Source: an uncultured Chloroflexia bacterium (GTDB lineage: Bacteria; Chloroflexota; Dehalococcoidia; UBA2979). Taken from it: 64,000 nt of DNA. The stretch lies in assembly GCA_963728205.1 (NCBI GenBank), contig CAVSIV010000006.1:736001-800000 (forward strand), given 5' to 3'. A model generated the notes under the pieces. It saw nothing but the letters and a program-made list of their open reading frames with translations, was not told the DNA's origin and did not search any database. The translations under genes were made by a program, and so were the position numbers. Shown piece by piece: positions 30,601-41,231 of the stretch (the stretch's first letter is position 1; each line of letters opens with the position of its first letter).

Positions 30601-33600
30601 CTGGCGGCGGCGTTCGCGGTGCTGGTGGGTCGCGTCACCCGCCATCGCGCGTCGGGCGAGCATCTCTCCGCTGGTCACGAGCCGGCTCCCGGTGTCGGAC
30701 GCGGACGCCCGCGCGCTGGGCTGACGCCCGCCGGACCTGGCGGTTCTTCGAGACGTTCGTGACGGACGCCGATCACATGCTGCCGCCGGACAACTTCCAG
30801 GAGGACCCGGCTCCGGCGCTCGCCAGCCGGACCTCGCCGACGAACCTCGGCCTCTACCTCCTGTCGGTGGTCTGCGCCCGGGACTTCGGATGGATCGGCA
30901 CGCTCGACGCGGTCGAGCGGCTCGAGGCGACGCTCGCCACCATGAGCGGCCTCGCTCGCTTCCGCGGGCACTTCTACAACTGGTACGACACCCGGGAGCT
31001 GCGGCCGCTCGATCCGCGCTACATCTCGTCCGTCGACAGCGGCAACCTCGCCGGCCACCTGATCGCCCTCGCCAACGCCTGCCGCGAGTGGCGCTGCGCG
31101 CCGCTCGCCGACGAGCGGCGTCTCGCCGGCATCGGCGACGCGCTCGACCTGGCGCGCGACGAGGCGGACCGCCTGCCGCGACGGACGCCGCATGGAGACG
31201 GCGACCTGGCGCCAGTTCGACGACGCGCACGCCGCGGTCATCGCCGAGGTGCGGCGGCCGCCCGCGGTCCGCGAGGACATCGCGCAACGGCTCGCCACGC
31301 TGTCCACCCAGGCCGAGACCGTCGCCGACATCGCCCGCGGGCTCGCCAGCGAGCGCGACGAGGACGCCGGCGCGGACCTGCTCTTCTGGGCCGACGCGAC
31401 CAGCGCCGCGATCGACGCGCACCGACGCGACCTCGCCGCATCGGCCGACGCGGCCGCCGCGGGTGCGTCCCGCCTGGTCGCCCTCGAAGAGTCCGCGCGG
31501 GCGATGGCGCTCGCGATGGAGTTCGGCTTCCTGCTCGACCCCGACCGCAAGCTGCTCTCGATCGGCTACTCGGTGGCCGACGGGGCGCTCGACCCGAGCT
31601 GCTACGACCTGCTCGCTTCAGAGGCGCGGCTCGCGAGCTTCCTGGCGATCGCCAAGGGCGACGTGCCGGCGCGTCACTGGTTCCGCCTCGGCCGCGCGGT
31701 CACGCCGGTCGCCCACGGCGCCGCGCTGATCTCGTGGTCCGGGTCGATGTTCGAGTACCTGATGCCGTCGCTCGTGATGCGCGCGCCGGCCGACAGCCTG
31801 ATCGAGCGGACGAACCGGCTGATCGTGCGCCGCCAGATCGACTACGCCGCGACGCTCGGCCTGCCCTGGGGCATCTCGGAATCGGCCTACAACGCGCGCG
31901 ATCTGGAACTTCACCTACCAGTACTCGAGCTTCGGCGATCCCCGGCCTCGGGCTGAAGCGCGGCCTCGGCGACAACGCCGTGGTCGTCGCCCTACGCCAC
32001 CGCGCTGGCGACGATGGTCGACCCGCACGCCGCGGCCGCACAACTTCGCGCGCCTCGCCGATGCCGGCGCGCGCGGCCGCTACGGGTTCTACGAGGCCCT
32101 GGACTTCACGCCGGTCCGGCTCCCGGAGGGCGCAGCGCGTCGCGATCGTGCGAGCCTTCATGGCCCACCACCAGGGCATGACGATCGTCGCCATCGCGGA
32201 CGCGCTGCTCGACGGCGCCATGCGCACGCGCTTCCACGCCGAGCCCATCGTCCAGGCGACGGAGCTCCTGCTGCAGGAGCGCATCCCGCGGGACGTCGCG
32301 ATCGCCGCGTCCCCGGCCGACGGAGGCGGAGTCGAGCGCCAGGATCCGCGAGAGCGGACCGCGCGGCGACCGTCGGTTCCGCTCCGCGCACGACGCGACG
32401 CCTGCCACGCAACTGCTGTCGAACGGGCGCTACGCGGTGATGCTCACCGCCGCCGGCTCCGGCTACAGCCGCTGGCGGGACCTGGCCGTGACCCGGTGGC
32501 GCGAGGACGCGACCTGCGACGACTGGGGTTCGTACGTGTTCCTCAGGGACGTGCGCAGCGGCCACGTCTGGTCGGCGGGCTTCCAGCCCGCCGGCGTGGA
32601 GCCCGACGACTACGAGGTCGCGTTCAGCGAGGATCGCGCCGAGTTCACGCGGCGCGACGGCGCGCTGACCACGACGATGGAGGTGCTGGTCTCGCCCGAA
32701 GACGACGCCGAGGTGCGCCGCGTCACGATCGTCAACTCCGGCAGCGGCGTGCGCGAGATCGACGTCACGTCCTACGCCGAGGTCGTGCTGGCGCCGCAGG
32801 CCGCCGACGTGGCCGCATCCGGCGTTCTCGAAGCTGTTCGTCGCAGACCGAGTACGTCCCCGACCTCGGCGCCATCGTGGCGACCCGCCGACGTCGCGGG
32901 CCCGCTGAGCCCGAGATCTGGGCCGCGCACCTGGCGGTCGTCGTCGGCGATGCCGTGGGCAAGCCGCAGGTCGAGACCGACCGGGTCCGATTCCTCGGCC
33001 GCGGCCGCGGCGTCCGCAGCCCGATCGCGATGGTCGACGGCCGGCCGCTCTCGAACACGGTCGGCAGCGTGCTCGATCCCGTCTTCGCGCTGCGGTACCG
33101 CATGCGGATCGCGCCCGGCGCGACCGCGCAGGTTGCGTTCTGGACGGTGGTCGCGTCGTCGCGGCGACGCGCTGCTCGAACTCGTCGACAAGCACCGGGA
33201 CACGGCCGCGTTCGAGCGCGTCTGCCACGCTGGCCTGGACGCAGGCGCAGGTCCAGCTCCATCACCTCGGCATCGGCCCGGGCGAAGCCGCCCTGTTCCA
33301 GCGTCTCGCGGGACACGTCCTCTATGCCGCGCCGACGCTGCGGCCCTCCTCCGACGCCATCCGGCGCGGCGCCGGCGGACAGCCCGGCCTGTGGCCGCAG
33401 GGCATCTCCGGCGACCTGCCGATCGTGCTTCTGCGCATCGCCGACAGCGGGAGCCTCGACGTCGCCCGCCAGCTGCTGCAGGCGCACGAGTACTGGCGGA
33501 TGAAGCAGCTCGCCGTCGACCTCGTGATCCTGAACGAGCGCGCGTCTTCCTACACGCAGGACCTGCAGGTGGCGCTCGAGGCCCTGGTCCGCGCGAGCCA

Positions 33601-36271
33601 GTCTCGGCCGCAGGTCGGCGCGGAGCAGCTGCCGCGGCCGCGTCTTCGTGCTCCGCGCGGACCTGCTCTCGGCCGAGACGCGCGCCCTGCTCACGTCGGT
33701 CGCGCGGGTGGTGCTCGTCGCCGAGCGCGGGCGCCTCTCCGATCAGCTCGACCGCGTCACCGACCACGGCGTGAGCGAGCGGCCGGTGACGCGGCGCGCC
33801 GCTGCCGCACCGCCGCCGGAGGTCGCGCCGCCGGTGCCGGACCTCGAGTTCTTCAACGGGCTCGGTGGCTTCGCCGACGGCGGACGGGAGTACGTGACGA
33901 TCCTCGGCCCGGGCCAGTCGACGCCCGCGCCGTGGATCAACGTCGTCGCCAACCCCACCTTCGGGTTCCAGGTCGCGGCGGAAGGCGGCGGGTCCACCTG
34001 GTCGGTCAACAGCCGCGAGCACCAGCTCACCCCCTGGTCGAACGACCCGGTCTCCGACCAGCCGGGCGAGGCGTTCTACCTGCGCGACGACGACACCGGC
34101 GATCTCTGGAGCCCGACGGCTCTGCCGATCCGCGAGGAGGCCGGCGACCTACGTCGCCCGCCACGGCCGGGGATACAGCCGCTTCGAGCACACGTCGCAC
34201 GGGATCGCGGCGCGACCTCCTGCAGTACGTGCCGATCGACGACCCGATCAAGATCTCGCGCCTCGCGCTGCGCAACACGTCGAGCCGCTCGCGGCGTCTC
34301 TCGGTGACCGCCTACGCGGAATGGGTGCTCGGACCGTCGCGGGCATCGTCGGCTCCCTTCGTCACCACCGAGATCGATCCGGCCACCGGCGCGATGTTCG
34401 CCCGCAACCGTGGAACCCGGCCTTCGGGTCGCGCGTCGCCTTCGCCGACTTCGGCGGGCGCCAGACGGACTGGACGGGCGACCGGCGCGAGTTCATCGGC
34501 CGCAACGGAACGCTCGCCGCGCCGCGCGGCGCTCGCGCGATGCGACGCCGCTGTCCGGCGCCGTCGGCGCCGGGCTCGATCCCTGCGGCGCGCTGCGGAC
34601 GACGGTCGAGCTGCCGCCGAACGGGAGCGTCGAGCTCGTCTTCTTCCTCGGCGAGGCCGAGAGCGCCGAAGCGCGCGCGAGACGCTGATCGCGCAGCTAC
34701 CGCGCCGCCGACCTCGACGCCGTGCGGTCCGAGGTCGGCCGAGTACTGGGACGACGTCCTCGGGACGGTCCAGGTGAAGACGCCCGACCGGGCGATGGAC
34801 ATCATGCTGAACGGCTGGCTGCTCTACCAGACGCTCGCCTGCCGCATCTGGGCCCGCTCCGCCTTCTACCAGGCGAGCGGCGCCTACGGCTTCCGCGACC
34901 AGCTGCAGGACGGCATGGCGCTCGCCACCGCGCGCCCGCCGCTGACCCGCGAGCACCTGCTGCGGGCGGCGGCGCGGCAGTTCGTCGAAGGCGACGTCCA
35001 GCACTGGTGGCTGCCGCAGCTCCGGCCAGGGCGTGCGCACCCGGATCTCCGACGACCGTGCGTGGCTCGCCTACGCCGTCGCCCACTACGTCGGCGCCAC
35101 CGGCGACGCCGCTGTTCTCGACGAGTTGGTCCCCTTCCTCGAAGGGCCAGAGCCTCGCGGCGGGCGAGCACGACAGCGTTCTTCCAGCCGGCGGTCGCCG
35201 ACGAGACCGGCACGCTCTTCGAGCACTGCGCCCGCGCCCTCGACCAGAGCCTGGCGCTCGGCCGCCACGGCCTGCCGCTGATCGGCACCGGCGACTGGAA
35301 CGACGGCATGAACCGCGTCGGCGAGCGAGGGCCAGGGCGAGAGCGTCTGGCTCGGCTGGTTCCTGCACGCGACGCTCTCGGCCTTTGCATCCCGCTCGCC
35401 GATCGCGCGCGGCGAGACGGCCCGCGCCGCGATCATGGCGCGCGCACGTCGCCGCGCTGCAGGCATCGCTCGAGCGCGAGGCGTGGGACGGCGACTGGTA
35501 CCGGCGCGCGCTACTTCGACGACGGCACGCCGCTCGGCTCGGCGACGAGCGACGAGTGCCGGATCGACTCGATCGCGCAGTCCTGGGCGGTGATCTCGGG
35601 CGCGGCGCGACCCGAGCGCGCTGCCCGCGCGATGGCGGCGGTCGAGCGTGAGCTGATCCGTCCCGCGGATGGGTTGGCGCTGCTGTTCGCGCCGCCGTTC
35701 GACAGGACGCCGCTCGATCCCGGCTACATCAAGGGCTATCCGCCCGGCATCCGCGAGAACGGCGGCCAGTACACCCACGCCGCCCTGTGGTCGCGTGATG
35801 GCGTTCGCCGCGCTCGGCGAGGGCGACAAGGCGGTCGACCTGTTCGCGCTCCTCAATCCGATCAACCACACCCGGACGCGCGCGGACGTGCACCGCTACA
35901 AGGTGGAGCCCTATGTCGTGGCCGCCGACGTCTACGCCGCGCCGCCGCACGTCGGGCGCGGCGGCTGGACCTGGTACACCGGGCTCGGCCGGCTGGATGC
36001 AGCGCGCCGGCGTCGAGAGCATCCTCGGGACTGCGCCTGCGGGGCGGCGTCCTGCATCTCGATCCCTGCATCCCGAAGACGTGGCCGGGGTTCGAGATCG
36101 CGCTTCGGTACGGCTCGGCGCGCTACGAGATCCGCGGTCGAGAACCCGGACGGCGTCGGCCGCGGGATCGCGAGCGCGCGCCTGGACGGGACGACGCTCG
36201 TGGAGCGGCCGCTCCGGGTCCCCCTCGCCGACGATGGCGCCACCCACTTGCTTCTCATTGAGCTGGGGTAG
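27672..36271 (+). pseudogene. cyclic beta-1,2-glucan synthase (Cgs/NdvB/ChvB type; GT84-like + glucoamylase-like + GH94), broken by many frameshifts (pseudogene or sequencing errors)
   Basis: Motifs in successive frames: AAEWLLDNY, LTIGELWA, GWERKRGKL, YVITLDAD, YTGKGIYDVD, LLSHDLFEG, RWARGDWQ, PPDNFQE, RTSPTN, YDLLASEARL, SWSGSMFEYLMP, FMAHHQGM, TPAPWINV, YQASGAYGFRDQLQD, GDWNDGMN, GIRENGGQYTHA, GRGGWTWYTG. Confidence 0.88.
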
Positions 36272-36461
36272 CCGTGCGCTGCGATGAGCGGCGGCTTCGC
36301 TCGCACTCGTTGCAATGCCGTGTGCTGATTATGACAATGGCGATGCGGTGCGGGACGAGCGGTCCTCGCCGCCGGGAGCCGGCGCTCGCAGGGCACATGC
36401 CGCGAGCGGTCATGGTGGGCCCTGCGCGCATCGGTCGCGCCGGGTGGGGGGGAGGCGACCC

Positions 36462-37205
36462 GTGAGCAACCGTTCGCATGCGGCGACGGTGGTGGGTTCC
36501 GAGGATCTGCACATCTCGCTCCTCGGAACCTTTCGACTGATGATCGGCACCGAACCGGTCGCGCTGCCCGTCGCGTCGCAGCACCTGCTCGCCTTCCTCG
36601 CGCTGCGCGACCGCGCCGTAACGCGCCAGACGATCGCAGGGACCCTCTGGTCGGACGCCTCGGAGATCCACGCGCTCGCGAGCCTGCGGTCGACGCTCTC
36701 CCGCCTCGATGACCTCGCGCGACGCGCCGTGGACGTGAGTTCCGCCGATCTGGCGCTCGCACCGGCGGTGGCGGTGGACATGCGCGAGACGCGCGCCCTC
36801 GCGCACCGGTTGCTCGCGCTCGCTCCCCTGCGATCCGGGGATCTGAGCGCCGAGGCGATCGCCGGGCTCTCCGCAGATCTGCTCCCGGATTGGTACGACG
36901 ACTGGGCGGTCGCGGAGGCCGAGGAGTGGCGTCAGCTCCGCCTGCACGCGCTGGAGGCGCTGGCGAACCGGCTGCTGGAAGCCCGTCGTTTCGGGGATGC
37001 GTCGGCCGCCGCGCTGGCTGCGATGAAGGCGGACCCGCTCCGGGAGAGCGCGCATGTCCTGCTCGTCCGCGTGCACCTCGCGGAAGGGAACCAGGCCGAG
37101 GCGCTCGGCGCGTACCACCGCTACGCCGCCCTGCTCCGGCACGAGCTCGGTCTGAGTCCGACGCCCCTGCTCCGGGCGCTCGTGCGCGATCTCCTGCGCG
37201 AGTAA
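36462..37205 (+). CDS. SARP-like regulator (N-terminal wHTH + BTAD domain)
   Basis: ISLLGTF, LLAFLAL, IAGTLW, LLPDWYDDW, DPLRESAH, LRHELGLSPTP; GGAGG RBS. Confidence 0.88.
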   Translation: MSNRSHAATVVGSEDLHISLLGTFRLMIGTEPVALPVASQHLLAFLALRDRAVTRQTIAGTLWSDASEIHALASLRSTLSRLDDLARRAVDVSSADLALAPAVAVDMRETRALAHRLLALAPLRSGDLSAEAIAGLSADLLPDWYDDWAVAEAEEWRQLRLHALEALANRLLEARRFGDASAAALAAMKADPLRESAHVLLVRVHLAEGNQAEALGAYHRYAALLRHELGLSPTPLLRALVRDLLRE

Positions 37206-37233
37206 CGCGCGCGTGACGACGCACGCATAGCGT
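37202..37233 (+). promoter_or_regulatory. GTNAC box plus -10 element, probable leaderless promoter
   Basis: GTAACGCGCGCGTGAC, 10 nt, TAGCGT; ATG follows at 37240. Confidence 0.6.
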
Positions 37234-37239
37234 GAAGGC

Positions 37240-37464
37240 ATGCCTGAAGATCGCACCGGCATCCTGATCATTCGAGCGTGGCTGGAACGCGAGTCGACCG
37301 CGCCGCTCCGCGCGCACATCCGCCAGACCACCGACATCGCCGGCGGCCTGCGGGACGGCACCACCGTGACGAACGAGGATGCCGTCGCGACGATCGTCCG
37401 CACGTGGCTGCACGACGTCCTGCTGGATACCGCCCCACCCCCGGATCCCGAGCCCGCGTCCTGA
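37240..37464 (+). CDS. small hypothetical protein associated with the BTAD regulator
   Basis: 74 aa, GILIIRAWLE...IVRTWL. Confidence 0.65.
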   Translation: MPEDRTGILIIRAWLERESTAPLRAHIRQTTDIAGGLRDGTTVTNEDAVATIVRTWLHDVLLDTAPPPDPEPAS

Positions 37465-37543
37465 CCCGTCACCCCCGCGCCGACCGCGCAAGCCGAGCCA
37501 GGTGACGCGGAGCTCCCGGCTGCCGCCACGGCCCTTGGCGGCT

Positions 37544-37570
37544 GTCACGGTGTGGTGACGGCCGCGTCAC
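37544..37570 (+). promoter_or_regulatory. triple 11-bp-periodic GTNAC box upstream of the hybrid kinase
   Basis: GTCAC(37544)-N6-GTGAC(37555)-N6-GTCAC(37566), 11 nt before CAGAAT. Confidence 0.6.
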
Positions 37571-37600
37571 GGCGGAAACCGCAGAATCTCCCGGCCCCTC

Positions 37601-38896
37601 ATGGGGGCTCACCGGTTGGAGGCACCCATGCGCTACCCCCGTCGCCCGAGACTTCCCGTGCTGGTGGACGGCCGGCGTGACGGGCAGTGCGCCGCATCCG
37701 AAGCAGCCGAACGCACGCCGGTGGAGGACGGGACCGAGCGACAGCAGCGCGAGCTTTCGGATCTCGTCCGTCGAAACGCTGCGTTCCTCGCGATTCTCTC
37801 CCATGAGCTGCGCAATTCCCTCGCTCCGATCTTGAACGCCGCGCGCTTCCTGGGACGGCAGCCGAACCAGAGCGAGGTGCAGCGGCAGGCCGGCGGAATC
37901 ATCGAGCACCAGGTGCTCCAGCTGTCGTACCTGGTCGGGGACCTCCTGGACGTCTCGCGCCTGGCGACCGGGAAGATCTCTCTGCGGCTCGAACGCGTCG
38001 CGCTCGACGCGGTGCTCGCCCACGCCGCCGATGCCGTCCGGCCGGAGATGGAGCGTCGCGGCCACCTACTGCGCGTCGACCTGCCGGGCACGCCCGTCTG
38101 GGTCACGGCCGACGCGGCCCGGATCGAAGAGATCCTCGTGAACCTGCTGCTCAACGCGGCGAAGTACACCGAGAACGGCGGCCGGATCTCCGCGACCCTC
38201 GACCAGGCAGGGAGCGATGCCCGGATCAGCGTGCGCGACAACGGGGCGGGGATCCCGCCCGAGCTGCTGTCCGCCGTCTTCGATCTCTTCGCGCAGGCCG
38301 AGCGCACATACGACCGTGCGGAAGGTGGGCTCGGCATCGGCCTCGCGCTCGTCAAGCAGATTGCCGAGCTCCACGGGGGCTCCGTCGCGGTGCGGAGCGT
38401 CCAGGGTGAGGGCAGCGAATTTGTCGTGCGCATCCCGCTGGCGTCTCGGTCGCCGGAAGCCGACGTGCCGACGAGGCACGATCGCGCCCCGTCCACCTCC
38501 GCCCCGGGCCTGCGGATCCTGGTCGTCGACGACAGCAACGAGCTCGCCACCACGTTCCGGATGTGGCTCGAAGACTTCGGCCACGTGGTCCGCACCGCGC
38601 TCGACGGACCCGCCGCCCTGGATGTCGCGGTCGCGTTTCGCCCGGAGGTCGTCATGATGGACATCGGGCTGCCCGGGAGCAGCGGGCTGGAGGTCGCGCA
38701 GCGGATGCGTGCCGAGCCTGCCCTCCGGGACGTGGTGCTCATCGCGATGACCGGGTACGGGAGCGATCGCGTCCGGGAGGCGTCACGCCGGGCGGGCTTC
38801 GACCATCACTTCGTCAAGCCGCCGGACTTCGCGCGCCTCGAGGAGCTGCTGGGCGAGATCGCCGGCGAGCTCGCGACGATGCCGGTTACGGGATGA
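37601..38896 (+). CDS. hybrid histidine kinase/response regulator with no obvious sensor domain
   Basis: LSHELRNSL (H-box), NLLLNAAKYT, DNGAGI, GGLGIGL; receiver ILVVDD...MDIGLP...KP; start 37601 or 37628. Confidence 0.9.
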   Translation: MGAHRLEAPMRYPRRPRLPVLVDGRRDGQCAASEAAERTPVEDGTERQQRELSDLVRRNAAFLAILSHELRNSLAPILNAARFLGRQPNQSEVQRQAGGIIEHQVLQLSYLVGDLLDVSRLATGKISLRLERVALDAVLAHAADAVRPEMERRGHLLRVDLPGTPVWVTADAARIEEILVNLLLNAAKYTENGGRISATLDQAGSDARISVRDNGAGIPPELLSAVFDLFAQAERTYDRAEGGLGIGLALVKQIAELHGGSVAVRSVQGEGSEFVVRIPLASRSPEADVPTRHDRAPSTSAPGLRILVVDDSNELATTFRMWLEDFGHVVRTALDGPAALDVAVAFRPEVVMMDIGLPGSSGLEVAQRMRAEPALRDVVLIAMTGYGSDRVREASRRAGFDHHFVKPPDFARLEELLGEIAGELATMPVTG

Positions 38897-39981
38897 CGGC
38901 TCCGAGGGCCCCGGGGCCGGAAAAGCTTCTACGCATCGCGCGCACGCGGGCGGAGACGCCCGACGAGTTCCGGCTGTCGCTGCTCGGGGCGTTCGATCTC
39001 CGAGAGGGCGCGGTCCCGATCGCCCTGCCCGGGAGTTCGCAACGGCTCCTGGCCTTCCTCAGCATCCGGGAGCGGAGCGTGACGCGCGCGGCCGTGGCGG
39101 GAACGCTGTGGCCGGAGGCGACCGAAGAGCACGCGCACGCGAGCCTGCGCACGCTGCTCGCGCGACTCGACGCCCGCACCCGCAAGGCACTGCGCGTGAA
39201 CGTGCTCGATCTCAGCCTGAGCGGCGGCGCGCGGGTCGACCTGCGCGACTCCCAGGCGCTCGCGCACCGGTTGCTGATCGTGGATCCCGACTCGGACGAC
39301 CGCGACCTCAGCCAGGCCGCGATCGCGGCGCTGTCGTCCGATCTCCTGCCGGACTGGTACGAGGACTGGCTGGCTCCCGCCGCGGCGGAGTGGCACGAGC
39401 TGCGCCTGCGCGCGCTCGAAGCGCTTGCCGGCAGGCTGACGGCCGTCGGCCGCTACGAGGACGCCGTGCAGGCGGCCGGCCGCGTGATCGCCGCCGAGCC
39501 GTTGCGCGAGACCGCGCAGGCGGCCCTGATCCGCGCCTACCAGGCGGAGGGAGACCGCATCTCCGCACGCGCGGCCTTCGAGCGCTACCGCACGGCCCTG
39601 CGCATCGACGCCGCGACCGAACCGACGCCCGAGCTGCACGCGCTGCTCTCCGCTCCGCCTCCGTCCCCCGACGTCCCGTCCGTCCTGCGCGAGGTCCAGA
39701 CCGCCGCGGCCGGGGAGGACACCCGCGCGTTCGAGGTTGTCGCCTCGGGCATCAGCATGGAGCCATCGATCCGGCACGGCGACAAGCTGCTCGTCAGCCA
39801 GGACATCGACCTCGTCGCGGGCCGCATCGTCGTCGCGGTGCACGGCGGCGTGTGGATCGTCAAGCGCCTCGCGGGGCGCGAAGGCGCACTGGTGCTGCGC
39901 AGCGACAACGTCGACGAGGAAGTCGCGCTCAAGGACGTCGAGGTGAAGGGCATCGTCGTGGAGTTGCGGCGAACGCTGTAA
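38893..39981 (+). CDS. SARP-like wHTH-BTAD regulator fused to a C-terminal S24/LexA-like peptidase domain
   Basis: Paralog of 36462 (LSLLGAF, LLPDWYEDW, EPLRETA), then ASGISMEPSIRHGD...WIVKRL...LRSDN...VKGIVV. Confidence 0.85.
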   Translation: MTAPRAPGPEKLLRIARTRAETPDEFRLSLLGAFDLREGAVPIALPGSSQRLLAFLSIRERSVTRAAVAGTLWPEATEEHAHASLRTLLARLDARTRKALRVNVLDLSLSGGARVDLRDSQALAHRLLIVDPDSDDRDLSQAAIAALSSDLLPDWYEDWLAPAAAEWHELRLRALEALAGRLTAVGRYEDAVQAAGRVIAAEPLRETAQAALIRAYQAEGDRISARAAFERYRTALRIDAATEPTPELHALLSAPPPSPDVPSVLREVQTAAAGEDTRAFEVVASGISMEPSIRHGDKLLVSQDIDLVAGRIVVAVHGGVWIVKRLAGREGALVLRSDNVDEEVALKDVEVKGIVVELRRTL

Positions 39982-40509
39982 ACCGCGGCCCGTCCTTCGA
40001 GCGTGCTGGCACTTCCGGCCTGCCGATGCGCCGGCGTCGGCAGCCGAGCGCGCCGCCTGTGTGCGCGGTCGACGCCATCGCGATCACGCCAGAGCACGGA
40101 CCGGGCGCGTCACATCGGCCATGCGAGGCGGCCGCCCGCTTGAACCGGAGGGGGCAGCGACGGCGGTGACGCGCTGGGCGACAGGCCGGCCTGCCACGCA
40201 GGTCGCTCGCTCGAACTGACGGCGGGAGGAGCGAGGGCGCTCGAGACCTTCGGCGCCGATGCGCCGGTTTCGATCCACATCCGCACGCGCCAGTTCTTCA
40301 CGAACCGGTACCACCATGGTGTCTGCATCTCGGACTTCGCCATCCTTCTGTGCGGCGCGCACCCAGTGCGCCTGTCCGCCCGTCGCTGCGCGCTTGCCAC
40401 TGCACAACGGCGTCTGCGTGATCCCGTAGTACCGCGTCGACCATCACCGGCGCGTCACGCGTGCAGTGCAACCGCGTGAGTGCACGGGACCCCGATCACC
40501 GAACTCCGG

Positions 40510-40593
40510 CCCTCCCGGAACTTCGGGGCCACGGAGCGCCTCTGGCTCCACCTGCAGGCGCGATACGATCTCGATGCGGAGCGCGGCCGTCTC
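40510..40593 (+). pseudogene. decayed fragment of higA
   Basis: Aligns without gaps to 24568-24651, 73/84 nt identical by eye; SRNFGATERLWLHLQARYDLD. Confidence 0.8.
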
Positions 40594-40641
40594 CTCCGGC
40601 CGGCCGATCCCTGCCTGCGCAGAATCCGCGGCGTGGTGGGA

Positions 40642-41166
40642 GTGCTGCAGCTGATCCTCCCGAACGTCCGAGATCCTCGGCTCGTGACGGTGCGCCGCGG
40701 TGGGACCCTCACCGATGCCGATCACCGGCTCCTCGCCCTGTGGGCGGCATCGTGCGCGGCGCATGTCCTCGACCGCTTCGAGTCGGCGCAGCCCGGGGAC
40801 CAGCGACCGCGACGGGCGATCGAGCAGGCCCGCGCCTGGGTGCGCGGCGAGGCCACGATGACCCAGGCGCGCACGGCGGCCGGCCATGCGAACGCCGCTG
40901 CCAGGAACCTGACCGGGGCGGGACGGCATGCCGCGTACGCGGCCGGCCAGGCGGCGGCCGTCGCACACGTCGCCGCGCACGAGCTCGGTGCAGCCGCCTA
41001 TGCGATCAAGGCCGCGCGTGCTGCCGCGCCGAACGGGGAGGGCGAGAGCGCGGGGCGACTCGAGTGTCGGTGGCAGCGGGACCGGCTCCCGGGGGCGATT
41101 CGCGAGCTCGTACTCGACGACGAGCGGTTGCGGAACGAGCTCTGCTGGTTGGTGTTCGACTGCTGA
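40642..41166 (+). CDS. Imm5-like 'putative immunity protein'
   Basis: ILPNVRDPRLVTVRRGG, LALWAASCAAHVL, RPRRAI, AAGQAAAVAHVAAH; start uncertain. Confidence 0.7.
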   Translation: MLQLILPNVRDPRLVTVRRGGTLTDADHRLLALWAASCAAHVLDRFESAQPGDQRPRRAIEQARAWVRGEATMTQARTAAGHANAAARNLTGAGRHAAYAAGQAAAVAHVAAHELGAAAYAIKAARAAAPNGEGESAGRLECRWQRDRLPGAIRELVLDDERLRNELCWLVFDC

Positions 41167-41231
41167 GAGCGCCCGGCGGCGCCGGCAGGGTCGGGGACGG
41201 GGAGTCGGACGGGGCTCGCGCCCCGGCCGAT

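Noticed and set aside
40084-40407. Short ORFs between BTAD-S24 and the higA fragment
   Set aside because: No recognisable motif or RBS; probably decayed sequence
40480-41166. HigA-Imm5 fusion protein suggested by the ORF track
   Set aside because: The higA part lacks the HTH N-terminus and most of its substitutions are non-synonymous; in-frame continuity is likely chance
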